Below, in pieces: positions 1-12,135 of a stretch of 59,754 nt of DNA. How positions within the stretch are numbered: position 1 is the stretch's first letter; the number at the start of each line of letters is the position of its first letter. The position numbers and the translations under genes were made by a program. The notes under the pieces were generated by a model, which saw nothing but the letters and a program-made list of their open reading frames with translations, had not been told where the DNA came from and made no database searches. Source of the DNA: Carcharhinus longimanus (Eukaryota); contig JASCQW010000001.1 in the NCBI GenBank assembly GCA_030264375.1, forward strand, positions 126,328,909-126,388,662, written 5' to 3'.

Positions 1-349
1 CCAGGGGGTTCAGGTGAATGCAGAGCTCGGAGGAGAGGGTCATGCCCAGGCAGTACTGTGGTGCCAGCTTGATGCGATAGTAGTGCCAGGGATGCAGCGT
101 GGTGAACTGGTTTGCCTTCTGTGCGCTGTACTTAAAAATGGTGCTGCAGATCATTGAGTGTCTAAGTTGACGGCAAGGTGTTTGACTCAGAGGCCACCTG
201 CCAGTGAAATATTGTGGGACCCGTGACTTTAATTTTTTTTTCCCAAAAATGCTGCACTATATGGAGGAGAAAGCCACCATTGCTATTGGTGACTTCAATT
301 ACGTTTTTCTTGCTCAAGGTTGGCCTTTGCCGATATCAGGAAAAATTCC

Positions 350-1445
350 AGCTGTAGAATCAGTTTGGGTGGAAATAAGAAACAGCAAGGGATAGAAAAA
401 ATTGTGGGCATTGTTTGGAGGCTACCAAACAGCATTGGTAATGTAAATCACAATTTAAAGAGGAAATTCAAGGTGCATGTAACATGAGTAATACGGTAAT
501 CATGGATGTTTTCAGTCTACATATGGAGTGGGTAATCCCAATTAGTACTAATGTTGTGGAGGATGAATTCTTGGAATGTATGCAAGATGGTTTTCTAGCA
601 TGGTACATTGAGGAACCAACTAGGAAATGTGTTATTTAGATTTAGTATTATGCAATGAAAAGGACTAATGAATTATCTTGTTGTAAAGGTGATATAAGAA
701 AGAGTGATCATGATATTGAATTTTATGTTAAGTTTGAAAATGACGCACTTCAATCAGAGATTAGGGTCTTAAATATAAAGAAAGAAAGAAAACTATGAAG
801 GTACAAAATTAGTTTAGGTAGATTGGGAGTTGGTTAAATGGTGTGATGGTAGACAGGCAATGCCTGACACTTAAAGGGCTCTCAGAAAGTTTGCAGTGAA
901 AAGTCATTCCTTTAATGAAAAAAATCCATCAAGTGAAGTGTTCTAACCATGGCCACTGAAAGAAATCCCGGATTGGATAAAGAAAGGAAAAATAGAATAT
1001 GAGAAAAAACATATAAACAGACTGTAATATCTTCTGCAAGTATGTAAAAAGGAAAGGAAAACCAAGTGTTGGCCCATAATAAGCTGAGTTAGTAAGGGCA
1101 ACACAATGGCTCAGTGGTTAGCACTGCTGCCTCACAGTGCCAGTGACCTGGGTTCAATTCCCAGCTTGGGTGACTGTGTGGAGGTTGCGCGTTTTCCCAG
1201 TGTCTATGTGCGTTTCCTCTGGATGCTCCGGTTTCCTCCCACAGTCCAAAACCTATGCTGTTTGGGGGTATTGGCCATGCTAAATTCTCCCTCAGTGAAC
1301 CCAAACAGGCGCTGGAGTGTGGCGACCAGGAGGTTTTAACTTCATTACAGTATTAATGTAAGCTTACTTGTGACACTAATAAATAAACCTGTGAGAATTT
1401 ATAATGGAGTATAAGGATATGGCAGATAAACTAAACAAATACTTT
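350..1445 (+). mobile_element. Decayed CR1-type LINE ORF2 fragment (APE endonuclease region and linker), interrupted by a SINE at ~1095-1389
   Basis: Reads VESVWVEIRNSKG (ORF 204..395 end), typical of the CR1 APE domain. Downstream shows many stops/frameshifts. CR1-like sequence resumes after the SINE (gagaatttataatggag...aaacaaatacttt). Confidence 0.8.
1095..1389 (+). mobile_element. HE1-like tRNA-derived V-SINE, tail type A
   Basis: Pol III A box tggctcagtgg and B box ggttcaattcc; central V-domain-like gtttcctctggatgctccggtttcctcccacagtcc; tail ...cttgtgacactaataaataaac. Near-identical copies at 15782 and 25638. Confidence 0.9.
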
Positions 1446-2245
1446 GGGGGTGATTTTCCACAAATTCGCCACCAGTGTAAATGTTGACACAGGTGCAAAA
1501 TCTCGCAAGAGTTGGGAAATGAGGTTCTTGCCAGTGAAATCTTGTTTCACAAATTTCCCATCCCTCACCTATGATATAATGAGGTTCCTGCCCTTTAGAT
1601 TTTAATGATATTGCATGTTATTTAAAGGGCCTCCCCATCACCATACCTCTTCACTGAATACTCAAACATCGCTGATTGATGAAGGCGGGAACCAGCTGAG
1701 GAGATGCTGCCTGGGGCACCATGATATGTATAGACCCTGGGTGGTGAGGAACATGCCCTGGCACATGTTGGCATTATCAGGTTGGCACAGGCTTCCTATT
1801 AGCCTGTGCAGACTTGGCACTGCCAACCTGTTTAAGGGGTAGTGCTGGAGCAGGGCCTCTGGGAAGTCCAATTGGGGAAGGGAGGTGGGGGGGGGGGGCG
1901 GGAAGAGGGCTTTGTCCTTTGAAGTATCTCGCAGTGAGGAGGGAGTCCTGTCATTGAGGGGGAGATCGTGGAGGGGAGGGAGAGCCCCAGATAATTGTGG
2001 GTTGGGTGGAGAGCACCCAGTACCTTTGTGATGATGGCAAGGGGTGGGGGAGTGGCAGAAAGTTAACCTCAGTGCTGATCGGTGCACCTTTTACAGATGG
2101 CGGCCCAATCTCTGTGGAACCGGCCGTGCTGGCTCTATTGGCCTTACCCCACCAGACTGCCAGCATGAACCACACACAGTTTTTTTGTGTCAGAGCGGTT
2201 TTCAGTCATGCCCATCACTCTGACAGGTTATGGGAAAATTCTACC
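1446..2245. mobile_element. GC-rich non-autonomous DNA transposon (MITE-like, possibly PIF/Harbinger-derived)
   Basis: Imperfect inverted ends (ggggtgattttcc ... gggaaaattctacc), GC-rich interior with G-runs, no credible ORF. Similar interior sequence at 1-250 and 44450-44830. Confidence 0.45.
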
Positions 2246-2514
2246 ATCTGTGATTGTCTTCTTGGAGGAATATACTAAAAACCACTCAAAAATAGAGGCN
2301 NNNNNNNNNNNNNNNNNNNNNNNNNNNNNNNNNNNNNNNNNNNNNNNNNNNNNNNNNNNNNNNNNNNNNNNNNNNNNNNNNNNNNNNNNNNNNNNNNNNN
2401 NNNNNNNNNNNNNNNNNNNNNNNNNNNNNNNNNNNNNNNNNNNNNNNNNNNNNNNNNNNNNNNNNNNNNNNNNNNNNNNNNNNNNNNNNNNNNNNNNNNN
2501 NNNNNNNNNNNNNN

Positions 2515-2670
2515 ACAAATGTAACCCCACTATTTAAGAAAGGAGGGGGAGAGAAAATGGGAAACTGCAGACCTGTTAGCCTGATGTAACTGGTAGGGTA
2601 AATGCTAGAATCTGTACTAAAGGATGCGATAACAGCACATCGAGAAAATAATGGTTGACTTGGGCAGAAC
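2515..2670 (+). mobile_element. CR1 LINE RT N-terminal fragment
   Basis: aatgtaacccca ctatttaagaaaggagggggagagaaaatgggaaactgcagacctgttagc = NVTPLFKKGG..GNCRPVS, the conserved pre-RT motif. Confidence 0.8.
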
Positions 2671-3462
2671 TTTCTGGCTTGTGGATGAGCACGATCAATG
2701 GGACTGCAAGCTGATGTGAAATCCACTTCCACCTGCAATCGGCCCCTCTAATCAATTTCACGCTGGCTGGCCAATTGACTGCTGTCTGAACTGAAAGGCA
2801 TGATGGCACAGGCTCAGTGCCACCAGCAGAGGTGGGAAGAAGGTGGGCAACAGGGCCTATAACGGCTCTGGCGGTTTAAATTGAGCTCTGTGAATGCTGG
2901 ATGTCTGCGCTCAAGAGTCTTGAGGAGCTGCTTTGAAACTTGCATTTTGGGACACTTCACTTGAGTGAGAGTACTGCTACTGTCTCCAGAATGTTATCGT
3001 TGTCAACCCCCATCCCCACCCCATTTTGTTATTCTGAGTCACTCTATCCCTCTGCATTTCAATTAATTGTCAACACCTGAGAAGGTCACTTGCATTTTAG
3101 GTGATTTTTCCAGAGACATACCCGGACATGAGGCATTACTTGTATTTGTACAAAAATCACAAAAGTAGGTCACCTATCCCTAAACTCCATTTTCTTAGGT
3201 AAATTTTCCATTTATGTTTTGCTCTTTAAAAATAATGTGTCCATCTTTTTCATAACTTTGCAAAACTCTGGTAACCCTGGTCATGGAGGTGGGATCATGG
3301 CATCCAATTCCTGTTTCCATTGGGAAAATCCAATCCTTTATCTGTTTAAGACCAGGGTCTTGTATCACTTTTTAAATTATTTTATCAACTTACCTTGTCA
3401 CCTTCAAAAATTTTTGTACATAAACCACTGGGCATCTCTGTTCCTATGCCAATGTATCCAAC

Positions 3463-3522
3463 GACTTTTGCTACCAAATAAACCTGTTGGACTTTAACCT
3501 GGTGTTGTGAGACTTCTTACTG
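3463..3522 (+). mobile_element. 60-bp Penelope-like terminal fragment with 12-bp target site duplication
   Basis: Flanked by the exact repeat aatgtatccaac (3451-3462, 3523-3534). The same sequence occurs in the 12003-12135 element. Family assignment is from recalled shark Penelope-like termini. Confidence 0.7.
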
Positions 3523-4469
3523 AATGTATCCAACCCCAGAGACTTATCAACTGGGGTCATGTTTCACTTTGCCAGTATTGGTTATTTTTAAAGCCATGCA
3601 TTGCTCTCACCAGAAATACTGTGATGACTACTTGTTTGGTTCTGTGAATGATCAGCTTATTTCAAAATACTGCTTCGCTTCAGGTGATAAATTAGTTATG
3701 TGTAACATCTATTAGGAGTAATCTACTGACACTCTAGAAGGTGCTCTTTGTATCTTGAATTTTATGCATGGTTGGCAGCTTTTTATTTGATTTTTAAAAA
3801 TGCTTATTTGATTTAATTTTTTCCTGTGAAACTCAAAAGGAGCTGGAATGGATATATTGGACAGCATTCTGTCAATTCCTTAGGTGCCATCAAGGCGCTC
3901 AGTGGGTTTGACAAAATCCCACATACACATTATGTTGAGGCCACTGATGTGGATCTAGATTAGCAAAGGGTAATGTCATCTGGTATTTCTGTACTGAGAA
4001 GGAGTAAATAAAGTTTTGTAAACTACTGTGCCCTGCTATACTGTCACTAGCTACTGATTGTCTGTTACTTGTAACAAAGCTGCTGTTTAATTTATAACCT
4101 ATGCCACGTACCTCTCCAGGTTCAATGGCATGTTTGTTTTCTAAACTTATATACGCTCATGAAAGATTGCTAATATGGGTTCCTATGCTATCCCTGGGCT
4201 CCCAATATTACCAGTTACTCTTTGTCTGGCCATACTCTAGTTCATAGAGAGTGACATTGAACAGACATTAAAGATAATGGAAAGATCTGCGAACCATAAC
4301 AAGTGTTACAGTTTGAATCTTATTCAATGTTAAACTTTGTTTTCAATTTATCTGCCTAATTAACAACTAATTTAAACCCTTCTACAAATCTTCATCTATA
4401 CCCTTTGAACTAGAGCAACTAAATATCAGGGGTGGGGGGGACGGAGTGGTGAAGTAACCTGTAAGGGTA

Positions 4470-5110
4470 GATGCAAGAAACTGCAAAGAGATATTAAATA
4501 GGTTCAATGAGTGGATAAGAACATGACAGGTAGAATATATGTATGAAGTTATATAGCATAACTTAAAATGTTGAGTGACTGGGAAATATTGGTACTCAAA
4601 GGTACCTGTGTATCCTTGTACATGAATCACAAAGTTAGCATGCTGGTAAGCAAGTAAATAGCCTTTATTTCAAAATATTTTTAGAAAAGTAAGGAAGTGT
4701 TGGTGTAATTTTATAGGATCACGTGAGATCACATTTGGACACCCGTGTTCAGTGAATTGTGAATTTCAGTACTGTGTCTTCTTCGCAGAATGAATAATAT
4801 ACTTGCCTTAGAGGCAATACAACATAAGTTTATTTGTACTTAATTGTGGAACGAGGGGATTGTCCAAGGAGGAAGAGATTGAGTGAATAGGCCTATATTC
4901 TTTTAGAAAAATTAAGTAATCTTACTAAAACAGAAAGTTATTAAGAGCTTGATGGGATAAATGCTGGGAGGATGTATACCCTAACTAGAGCTTCTAGAAC
5001 CAGGGGTAATTGTCTCAAAATTAGGGATTGGCTGTTAACTGAGACTGAAGAAATTTTTTCACTTAAAGCGTAAATAAATAAATCTGGAATAAATGTAGAA
5101 AATGCTTGAA
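4470..5110 (+). mobile_element. Old CR1 LINE 3' fragment
   Basis: Degenerate match to the CR1 RT C-terminus/3' region seen in better copies at 36430-37190 and 41428-41982. Confidence 0.7.
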
Positions 5111-5285
5111 AATTTTCAGCAGGCCAGGTTATGGAAGGAAAACTGTTCTGAATGGTTATTGTCCTAAAAAATTGGGCTAGATTTTCAATTTTCCATGTGG
5201 GTGAAGTCAGGTGTGGGCGTGTTTTGAAAATATAAGTCTTGGACGGTATGTCAGTCTTCCAAAGCACTGGAGTGTTCAATGGGAG

Positions 5286-5455
5286 TATAAGAACATAATA
5301 TAAGAACATAAGAAATAGGAGCAGGAGTAGGCCATCTAGCCCTTCGAGCCTGCCCCGCCATTCAATAAGATCNNNNNNTCTGGTTCAGGTGTAGACCATC
5401 CCTCTTATAGAGGTCCCACCTTCCCCAGAATGAGCCCCAATTGCTCAAGTACCTG
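5286..5455 (-). mobile_element. Young CR1 LINE, collapsed: 3' tail, 6-N gap, then ORF1 esterase fragment
   Basis: (aacataag)n-aaataggagcaggagtaggccatc tail as at 34247 and 49813. After the gap the minus strand reads YLSNWGSFWGRWDLYKRDGLHLN (SGNH esterase-like ORF1 end). Confidence 0.8.
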
Positions 5456-6061
5456 GTCTGGGACATATCTGTGCACAGCTGTTGGGAGCACAGAAGGAAC
5501 TATTACTTATTATGGCTGCTGATTTAAAATCTTAGCAGAAAACAATTTAGTTGAACTGAGATGCTCATGCGGTGATGCAGATTTGTCATTGTTTGAGCTG
5601 AACAGTTTATGTACCTCATGAGAAAGCATATTGACACTTAGTTGGATGCTGAGGCTACAGGTCCTCTGATCTTCTGTCTGCTCTATTGATGCATGCAATA
5701 GCAAGCTCAGTCATGGCTGCTGTCAGCCTTTGACCTCCAGAACTAGTTGTAGGCTCCAGGCAGCATCCAATTCTACCGACTTGAAACCGATGTTACTTCT
5801 GGTACAATTGGAGATTTTGCATTTCAAAATTGTTGAGTTACTGACACTAACATAGCATGGAGTTGGGATCTGGAAATGACCCAAACGTTGGATTCCCGAA
5901 GATCCAGTTGGTGACTCTTGACAAATGCTGCTTGACCTGCTGTGTATTTCCAAGCTATTCCACAGCCAACTATAAAAGGAAAGCAGATGATATAAAAATA
6001 TCATCTTAGGTGTAAGATGCATTAAAGAAATAAAAGAATATATGAATTGCTATAACTGTGA

Positions 6062-6420
6062 CAATTTGATTATTGACACATGTATAAGTATGCAGTGAGA
6101 GTATTGTTTCTTGCATGCCAAACAGACAAAGCATACCATTCATAGAGAAGGAAACGAAAGAGTTCAGAATGTAGTGTTACAGTCATAGCTAGGGTCTAGA
6201 CAAAGATCAACTTAATGTAAGATAGGCCCATTCAAAAGTCTGATGGCAGCAGGGAAGAAGCTGTTCTTGAGTCGGTTGGCATGTGACCTCAGACTTTTAT
6301 ATCTTTTTCCCGATGGAAGCAGGTGGAAGAGAGAGTATCTGGAATGCATGGGGTCCTCAATTATGCTGGCTGCTTTGCTGAGACAGTGGGAAGTGTAGAC
6401 AGTGTCAATGGATGGGAGGT
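6062..6420 (-). mobile_element. Rex1/Babar-like LINE 3' end
   Basis: Minus strand reads NRLKNSFFPAAIRLLNG then a 3' UTR ending ...aataatcaaat. Homologous copies at 33970 and 57752. Confidence 0.75.
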
Positions 6421-6605
6421 GGGATTATCTACCGAAAAAAAAAGTCAGGGAAAGGGAAGGAATTGAAAACTCACAGGTTCAGGTCTGTTATTAAAACAGT
6501 ACATGGTAGCAAAACACTAAATTCACCAGTTCCAAAAATAAAAACAAGACCAGCACCATGTCAGTTGACCCACTCTCTCACCAGTGCCATGTTGTGGGAG
6601 TTATA

Positions 6606-6745
6606 CAGTGGGATTTTCTGATCCTGCCCAACTTCAACTGGAAATTCCCGCCCAAGGTCAACAGATCTTTCAATGGTCTGTCAAATTCCTGTGGTGGGTG
6701 GGCCAGGAAGATTTATCCTGATGGGATTCCATGCAGAAATTCTCA
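6606..6745. mobile_element. Short MITE-like repeat
   Basis: Shares gaaattcccRccYRaggtcaacagaYctt with 46320-46435. Confidence 0.45.
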
Positions 6746-7286
6746 TTAAAGTCACTGTGTTAAGCTATAGCATAAACATCCCAACCCTCTCCAAAGGCTT
6801 TTTGCTCAATTTGAGTGAGTGACGTGAACATCTAAAATATCATAAGTGTATGGTGTGGGAATGAAGGCTGGAGGTGGCAGATGTCATTTTAATCAATAAA
6901 TCTGCTAGAATGGTCTGATTTACCACCAATGGAAGCTATACGTTAAGCCTGCATTTTCAAACCTTACATTTATGATCATAGCCATATCATTCAGCTCTTT
7001 GCAGAGCTCTGAATGTTTCTTTTTAATTTGAATTTGCCACAGGGGAGTGTGTGATATTTTGGGCTTAAGTTGTCTATGACTGCCTGGTTACCTTGATCCA
7101 TTGAAACTGACAGAAATAGCAGTACGGTGGTCAGTAATTCACTGTAAACTGCTTCCACTTCACTTCTTTAACTTCATTAGAATTGTGTGGGAACCACATT
7201 CAGGTATATAAATAAGCTGTTCACTGAAGCTATGGTGGTAGAGCAGGGGCAGTTTCAAGAAAATTCATGATCAATGTGTTTCTCTA

Positions 7287-8600
7287 GGGCCAGATTTTGT
7301 CGTCAAGATATTGATGCCACTTGTGGGCTGTGGTTTCGTGGCTGTGTTAGCCATGGGCACAATTCCCACAATGGCTGAGATACCAAAGATGCATTTCTTG
7401 ATGGCGACATTTTATTTTGTGATTTTACCAGCCCTCCCCTGATCACATGATCAAGTTCCCACTCAGGAAGGTTGCAAGCCTGATTTGCATCCATTACCAT
7501 CTCATTACCAGACATCAGGGTGCATCATTCATCCAGCTGGTATGATGTTATGTTGACACAAATCACTACCGTTCTTAAAAAGACAGGAATCTGTCTCCAT
7601 GACCTTTGAGATCGAAGTTGGAGGCATGCATGCATTTCACACTATCCACAATGGAGTCATGTGGGAACAATCAGGGGCCAAGTTGTCAGGGCTCTGTGGT
7701 CGACCTTGCAAGGGACAGTAAGGTTGCAGAGGTCATAGAGGCTCCATAGGGTCGGGGGGCTCTGAGGGCGGTGGGCATGAGGGGTGTGGGACTCTTGTTC
7801 TCTGTTTTGCAGCCAACCTGGCCAACTGGGGTGGGTGCGTGCCCTCATGACAATGCTTGTTGGAGCCCTCTGGAGAGGCTGCTTGCTGCTGCTGAGGATT
7901 TACTATCCAGTAATGTTTATTATGGACGGCTGACAGCTATGAGTTCCCTGATGGCTGCTGCTTAAGTTACCAGGGTGCCTGTTAGCACAGCCATATACTA
8001 AAGCAAGAACCAAGTATGCCCAGTTAGTGAGCTGAGATTTTTGCTGTGACACTGACCATCAAGAGGTAACCCTTTGTACCATCAGCTCTCCACAGCTATA
8101 TATCAAAGGCTGACCCTCAGCTTTTAGCAGAAGGGCTAACTGACCTAGTTCATCAAAGACAAAGGCCAAGGGGTTCACCACTTCCCAGAACACCCAATCC
8201 CTGCATTGGCAGTCCCATTGAGTTCTACCCCCTCTTCCCAAGGTCTACCTCACCTCTAAATGTGAATGACTGGTGTGACCAGGAAACCCAAGACCTTCCT
8301 GAAGGAGCTTTCTGTGATTCCATGCACATGGGCAGGTGGGCTCATCATGACATGGTTCCAGGAGGTCCAGGATTAGGGAGGAGACTTGGGTGACCCCTCT
8401 GGACATGGTGCCTCCTATGCACCATGGGGGGAGTGCAGGGAGGTGGCTCAAGAAGGCTAACATCTCAGGGAGCTGGTGATGGAGAGTTCCCTAATGTGAA
8501 CTGTCAACTCAGTGCAGGAGGGTGATAATGACTTGCAGTGAGGCAAGGGCTGTCTGTGATGCTAGGATGCTGACTTGTCGTGTGACAAAAATGTCTTCTG
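7287..8600. mobile_element. Decayed GC-rich DNA-transposon-like region
   Basis: Begins gggccagatttt, like other MITE-type ends in the window. GC-rich, no credible ORF. Confidence 0.3.
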
Positions 8601-8909
8601 GCTGAAGCACTAATAGAGGAAAGCTGGTAGAGAAGTCAAATGTATTAATTCAGTTATGTTTCCTCATTGCAATCTGAATGCCAGCAAACTGTCTTTCTTC
8701 CCCTCTCCAATTGCATCATATTTCTTATTGAAAATTTCAGATAATTCATTACAGAGAAATGTGAAGATTCATTTTGGTAGGATGAACACAGAGTGACAAT
8801 ATAAGATTAGAGGTACAATTCCGAAGGATGTGCAGGAGTAGAGGGGTGTGGGTGCATTTGCACAGATCATTAATGGTGGCAGGACAGGTTAATAGTGAAG
8901 TTTTAAAAA

Positions 8910-10430
8910 ATTCATTTACGGGATGTGGGTGTGACTGGCTAGACTAGGACTGATTTAGTGTCCATCCCTAGTTACCCTTGAGAAGGTTATGTGAGCTGCC
9001 TTCTTAAACTGCTGCCGTCCCTGAGGTATAGATAGACCCACAGTACTGTTAAGGAAGGAATTTCAGGATTTTTATTCAATGTCATTGAAGGAATGGTGAT
9101 ATATTTCCAGGAATGACCAATATATTTCCAAGACAAGATGATGAGTGACTTGGAGGGGAACTTCCAAGTGGTCTGGACCCAGGTATTTGCTGCTCTTGTC
9201 CTTCTAAATGGTAGTGGTTGTGAGTTGTAAGCTGTTGGGTTTGGAGGACGCTGCCTAAAAAACCTTGGTGAGTTCCTGCGGTGCATCTTGTAGACGGTAC
9301 ATGTGGCTACTACTGTTCATCGGGTGGTGGATTGAATGAGGATGGTTCTCACTTCATTGAGCATTGCCAGAGCTGCATTCAACCAGGCCAGTGGAGTGTA
9401 TTCCACCACACTTCTGTCTTTTGCCTTGTAAATTGTAGACAGGCTTTGGGGAATCAGAAGGTGAGTTGCATGCCAGAGGATTTCTAGCCTTTGATCTGCT
9501 CTTGTAGCCACAGACTTTATGGCTAATCCAATTCCGTTTTTTGTCAGTTGTAACTCTTAGGATATTGACAGTTGGGGATTCAGCATTGGTAATGTCGTTG
9601 AATGTCAAGAGTGATGGTTAGATCCTCTGTTGTTGGAGATAGACATTGCCGGGCATTTGGGGTGGCATGATGGCAGTGGTTAGCATTGCTGCCTCATAGA
9701 GCTATGGACCTGGGTTTGATTCTGGTCTTGGCTGATTGTCTGTGTAAAGTTTGCATGTTCTCTGTGTCTGCGTGGGTTTCCTCCAGGTGCTCTGGTATTC
9801 TCCCACTGTCTGAGGATGTGCAGGTTAGGTGGATTGACCGTGCTAAACTGCCCCTTGGTGTCCCAATATGTGTAGGTTAGATGGGTTAGCCATGGTGAAT
9901 GTGCAGTGTGATAGGGTGGAGGAAAGGGCCTGCCTAAGATACTCTGTCAGAGAGTCAGTGTAGACTGAATGGGCTAAATGGCCTCCTCCTGCACTGTTGG
10001 GATTCTATAAGAATGTTACTTACCACTTGTCAGCCCAACTCTCCACATTGTCTAGGTCTTGTTGCACTTGGGCATGGACTACCTCAGTGTCTGAGGAGTT
10101 ACAAATGGTGCTGAATATTGTGCAGTCATTTGTGAACATTCCCATATCTGATCTAATGATGGAAGGAAGATCATTGATGATGCAGCTGAAGACATTTTGG
10201 CCTAGAACACTACCGTGAGGAATTCCTGCAGTGATGACCTGCAGCTAAGATGACTGACTTCCAGGCGCCACAACCATCTTCCTTTGTGCCAAGTATGACT
10301 CCAATCAGTGGAGAGTTTTCCCCCTGATTCCCATTGATTATAATTTTGCTAGGGTTCCTTGATGCCACACTTGGTAAATTGCTGACTAGATGTCAAGGGC
10401 AGATACTCTCACCTCACCTCTGGAGTTCAG
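8910..10430 (-). mobile_element. Second non-LTR family (CR1/L2 group), RT C-terminal half and 3' UTR, with SINE inserted
   Basis: Minus ORFs TFNDITNAESPTVNILRVTTDKKRNWISH and ATRADQRLEILWHATHLLIPQSLSTIYKAKDRSVVEYTPLAW match the post-RT LGV...W..H / YK..VR..EY motifs. Confidence 0.8.
9660..10008 (+). mobile_element. HE1-like V-SINE, tail type B (CR1/HER1-like tail)
   Basis: Same head/V-domain as the 1095 SINE, but the 3' end is gactgaatgggctaaatggcctcctcctgcactgttgggattctat. Confidence 0.85.
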
Positions 10431-12002
10431 TTAATAAAGCATACAGCATTCTAGGCTCTATTAGTATGGGCATAGAGCATAAAGGAAGTTATGTTAAATT
10501 TGTATAGAATACTGGAAAATTCCATCTAGTGCTAGTTCCACAGTTTAAGAGATATATAGGCGTACAGTGAGAGTGCAGAAAACATCCTCAAGAATGAGGA
10601 TGAGGAACTTCAGCTACATTGATAGATTGGGGAAGAGAAGGGTGAGAGATAGTTTGATAGAAGTATTCAGAATCATAATGGGCCTGGACAAAGCAGGGTA
10701 AAACAGATCTTCCTGGTGGAAGATTTGAGAAGGAGAGCAATTTTAAGGTTATTGACAGATGAAGCAATGAAGATAGGAGGAAAAATTTTCCTAGAACAGG
10801 TGGTTAAGATGTGGAATGCACTGGCTTGAGATTGTTGGAGACAGATTAAATTGAAGCTTTAAAGCAAGAATTGGGTTGTTATCTGAAAAAGCAGAATGTA
10901 AGGGTTGCAGAGAGACAGGGCCTCTTTTGAGAACTGGTGCAGACACAATGGACTGAATGGCCTTGTGGTTTAACAATTCTGTGATTACAACCACATCAAA
11001 GTTGAAGTAGATAAAGCAGAGAATGTTATTAGAAAGTTACACAAAACTCAGCATGTTGTATATGAAAAATGGCATTCTGATATGCAATATTGCACTGGAG
11101 ATTTTAATTTGGGGGAAAAAGAACCTAACTTATTATTTGATCTAGTCACATGATTAATGATGATAAATATAAATTTCTATAACAATTTCAGTGCAATTTC
11201 ACAGTGTGCTGCTTTTTGGAATGACGGTAGGTTTTGTTAGTTAAAATGAAGCCTAAATTAAGCTGTTAGTGTCTTTGGTAACCTAGAAGATGCTTCATGA
11301 ATTCTTGAAACCCATATAATCTTTATAAATATAGTAAGGTGGGCATTTGATTTTAGACTTGTAAGTGGTGTTTGGACTCCATTCCACTCTCTTCTAATCT
11401 AAATCCAAAGCCATAAAATGGCTTCTAAGTAATGTTTTCCATTTTCCAAAAATAGCATTCGTTGCACAGAGTTCTTATTGGGCAGTTTTTCTTTACCTTG
11501 TGAACTGTTAAAATTGTGGGGGTGGGGTGCAGGGGTAAGTGCTGCTATTTCAGCTACCTATGTGCCCCTTGCACGTCAGGCATTATAATTTGGCTCACAC
11601 TTCAGTGTTCAGTTGAGAGAGGGGCTGTATTTTGGCTTCTGAGGTGTAAGCTTGAGCTGGGAAATTTCTTGACCTGCCCACCTGCTTCAGTCAGAAGTGC
11701 CTTAAAGCACAAACATTTTCACTTTAAGGAGCGGGTACAGAATGAAGTCAGGAGTGCCAACCACAGAAACAGATGCTAGCAGGACAGCAGTATGGGCGAG
11801 TACCAATGCAGACTTGTTAGAAGGTTCACCTGGTTCACAGACATTTTGGTTCCAGTTGTTTTTGAAAAAAATTGGGCTCACGAGCCTTCATCTCCTCAAC
11901 TGCCCCCTCCCCCATGACACCGCGCATCCAAAATTTCAATTCAATACTAACTCACCCATGTTCCACCATTGACAGACCTCGTGAGCCATGTGAGGATGAA
12001 AA

Positions 12003-12135
12003 ACAGTAAGAAGTCTCACAACACCAGGTTAAAATCCAACAGGTTTATTTGGTAGCAAAACATGTTGGACTTTAATCTGGTGTTGTGAGACTTCTTACTG
12101 TGTTTATCCCAGTCCAACGCTGGCATCTCCAGATC
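12003..12135. mobile_element. Penelope-like fold-back mini-insertion with ~13-bp TSD
   Basis: 39-bp inverted arms 12003-12041 / 12063-12101 with 2 mismatches. Flanking direct repeat aggatgaaaaaca at 11993-12005 and 12136-12148. Confidence 0.75.

Larger units (their letters stand above)
8745..10985 (+). mobile_element. Old CR1 3' fragment split by a nested LINE (8910-10430)
   Basis: attcattttggtaggatgaac...ggcaggacaggtt on the left continues as aataaagcatacagcattctaggc... through a CR1 3' end on the right. Confidence 0.7.

Noticed and set aside
1095-1165. tRNA-like sequences at SINE heads (also 9660, 15782, 25638, 31400, 37333)
   Set aside because: A/B boxes are present but continue into SINE bodies; these are not tRNA genes.
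1873-1909. G-quadruplex-like G-run cluster
   Set aside because: Inside a MITE-like repeat, a common feature with no evidence of function.
3593-3969. Two exon-like segments near 3593-3684 and 3840-3969
   Set aside because: Weak sites, the second has stops in all frames, and there is no supporting chain.
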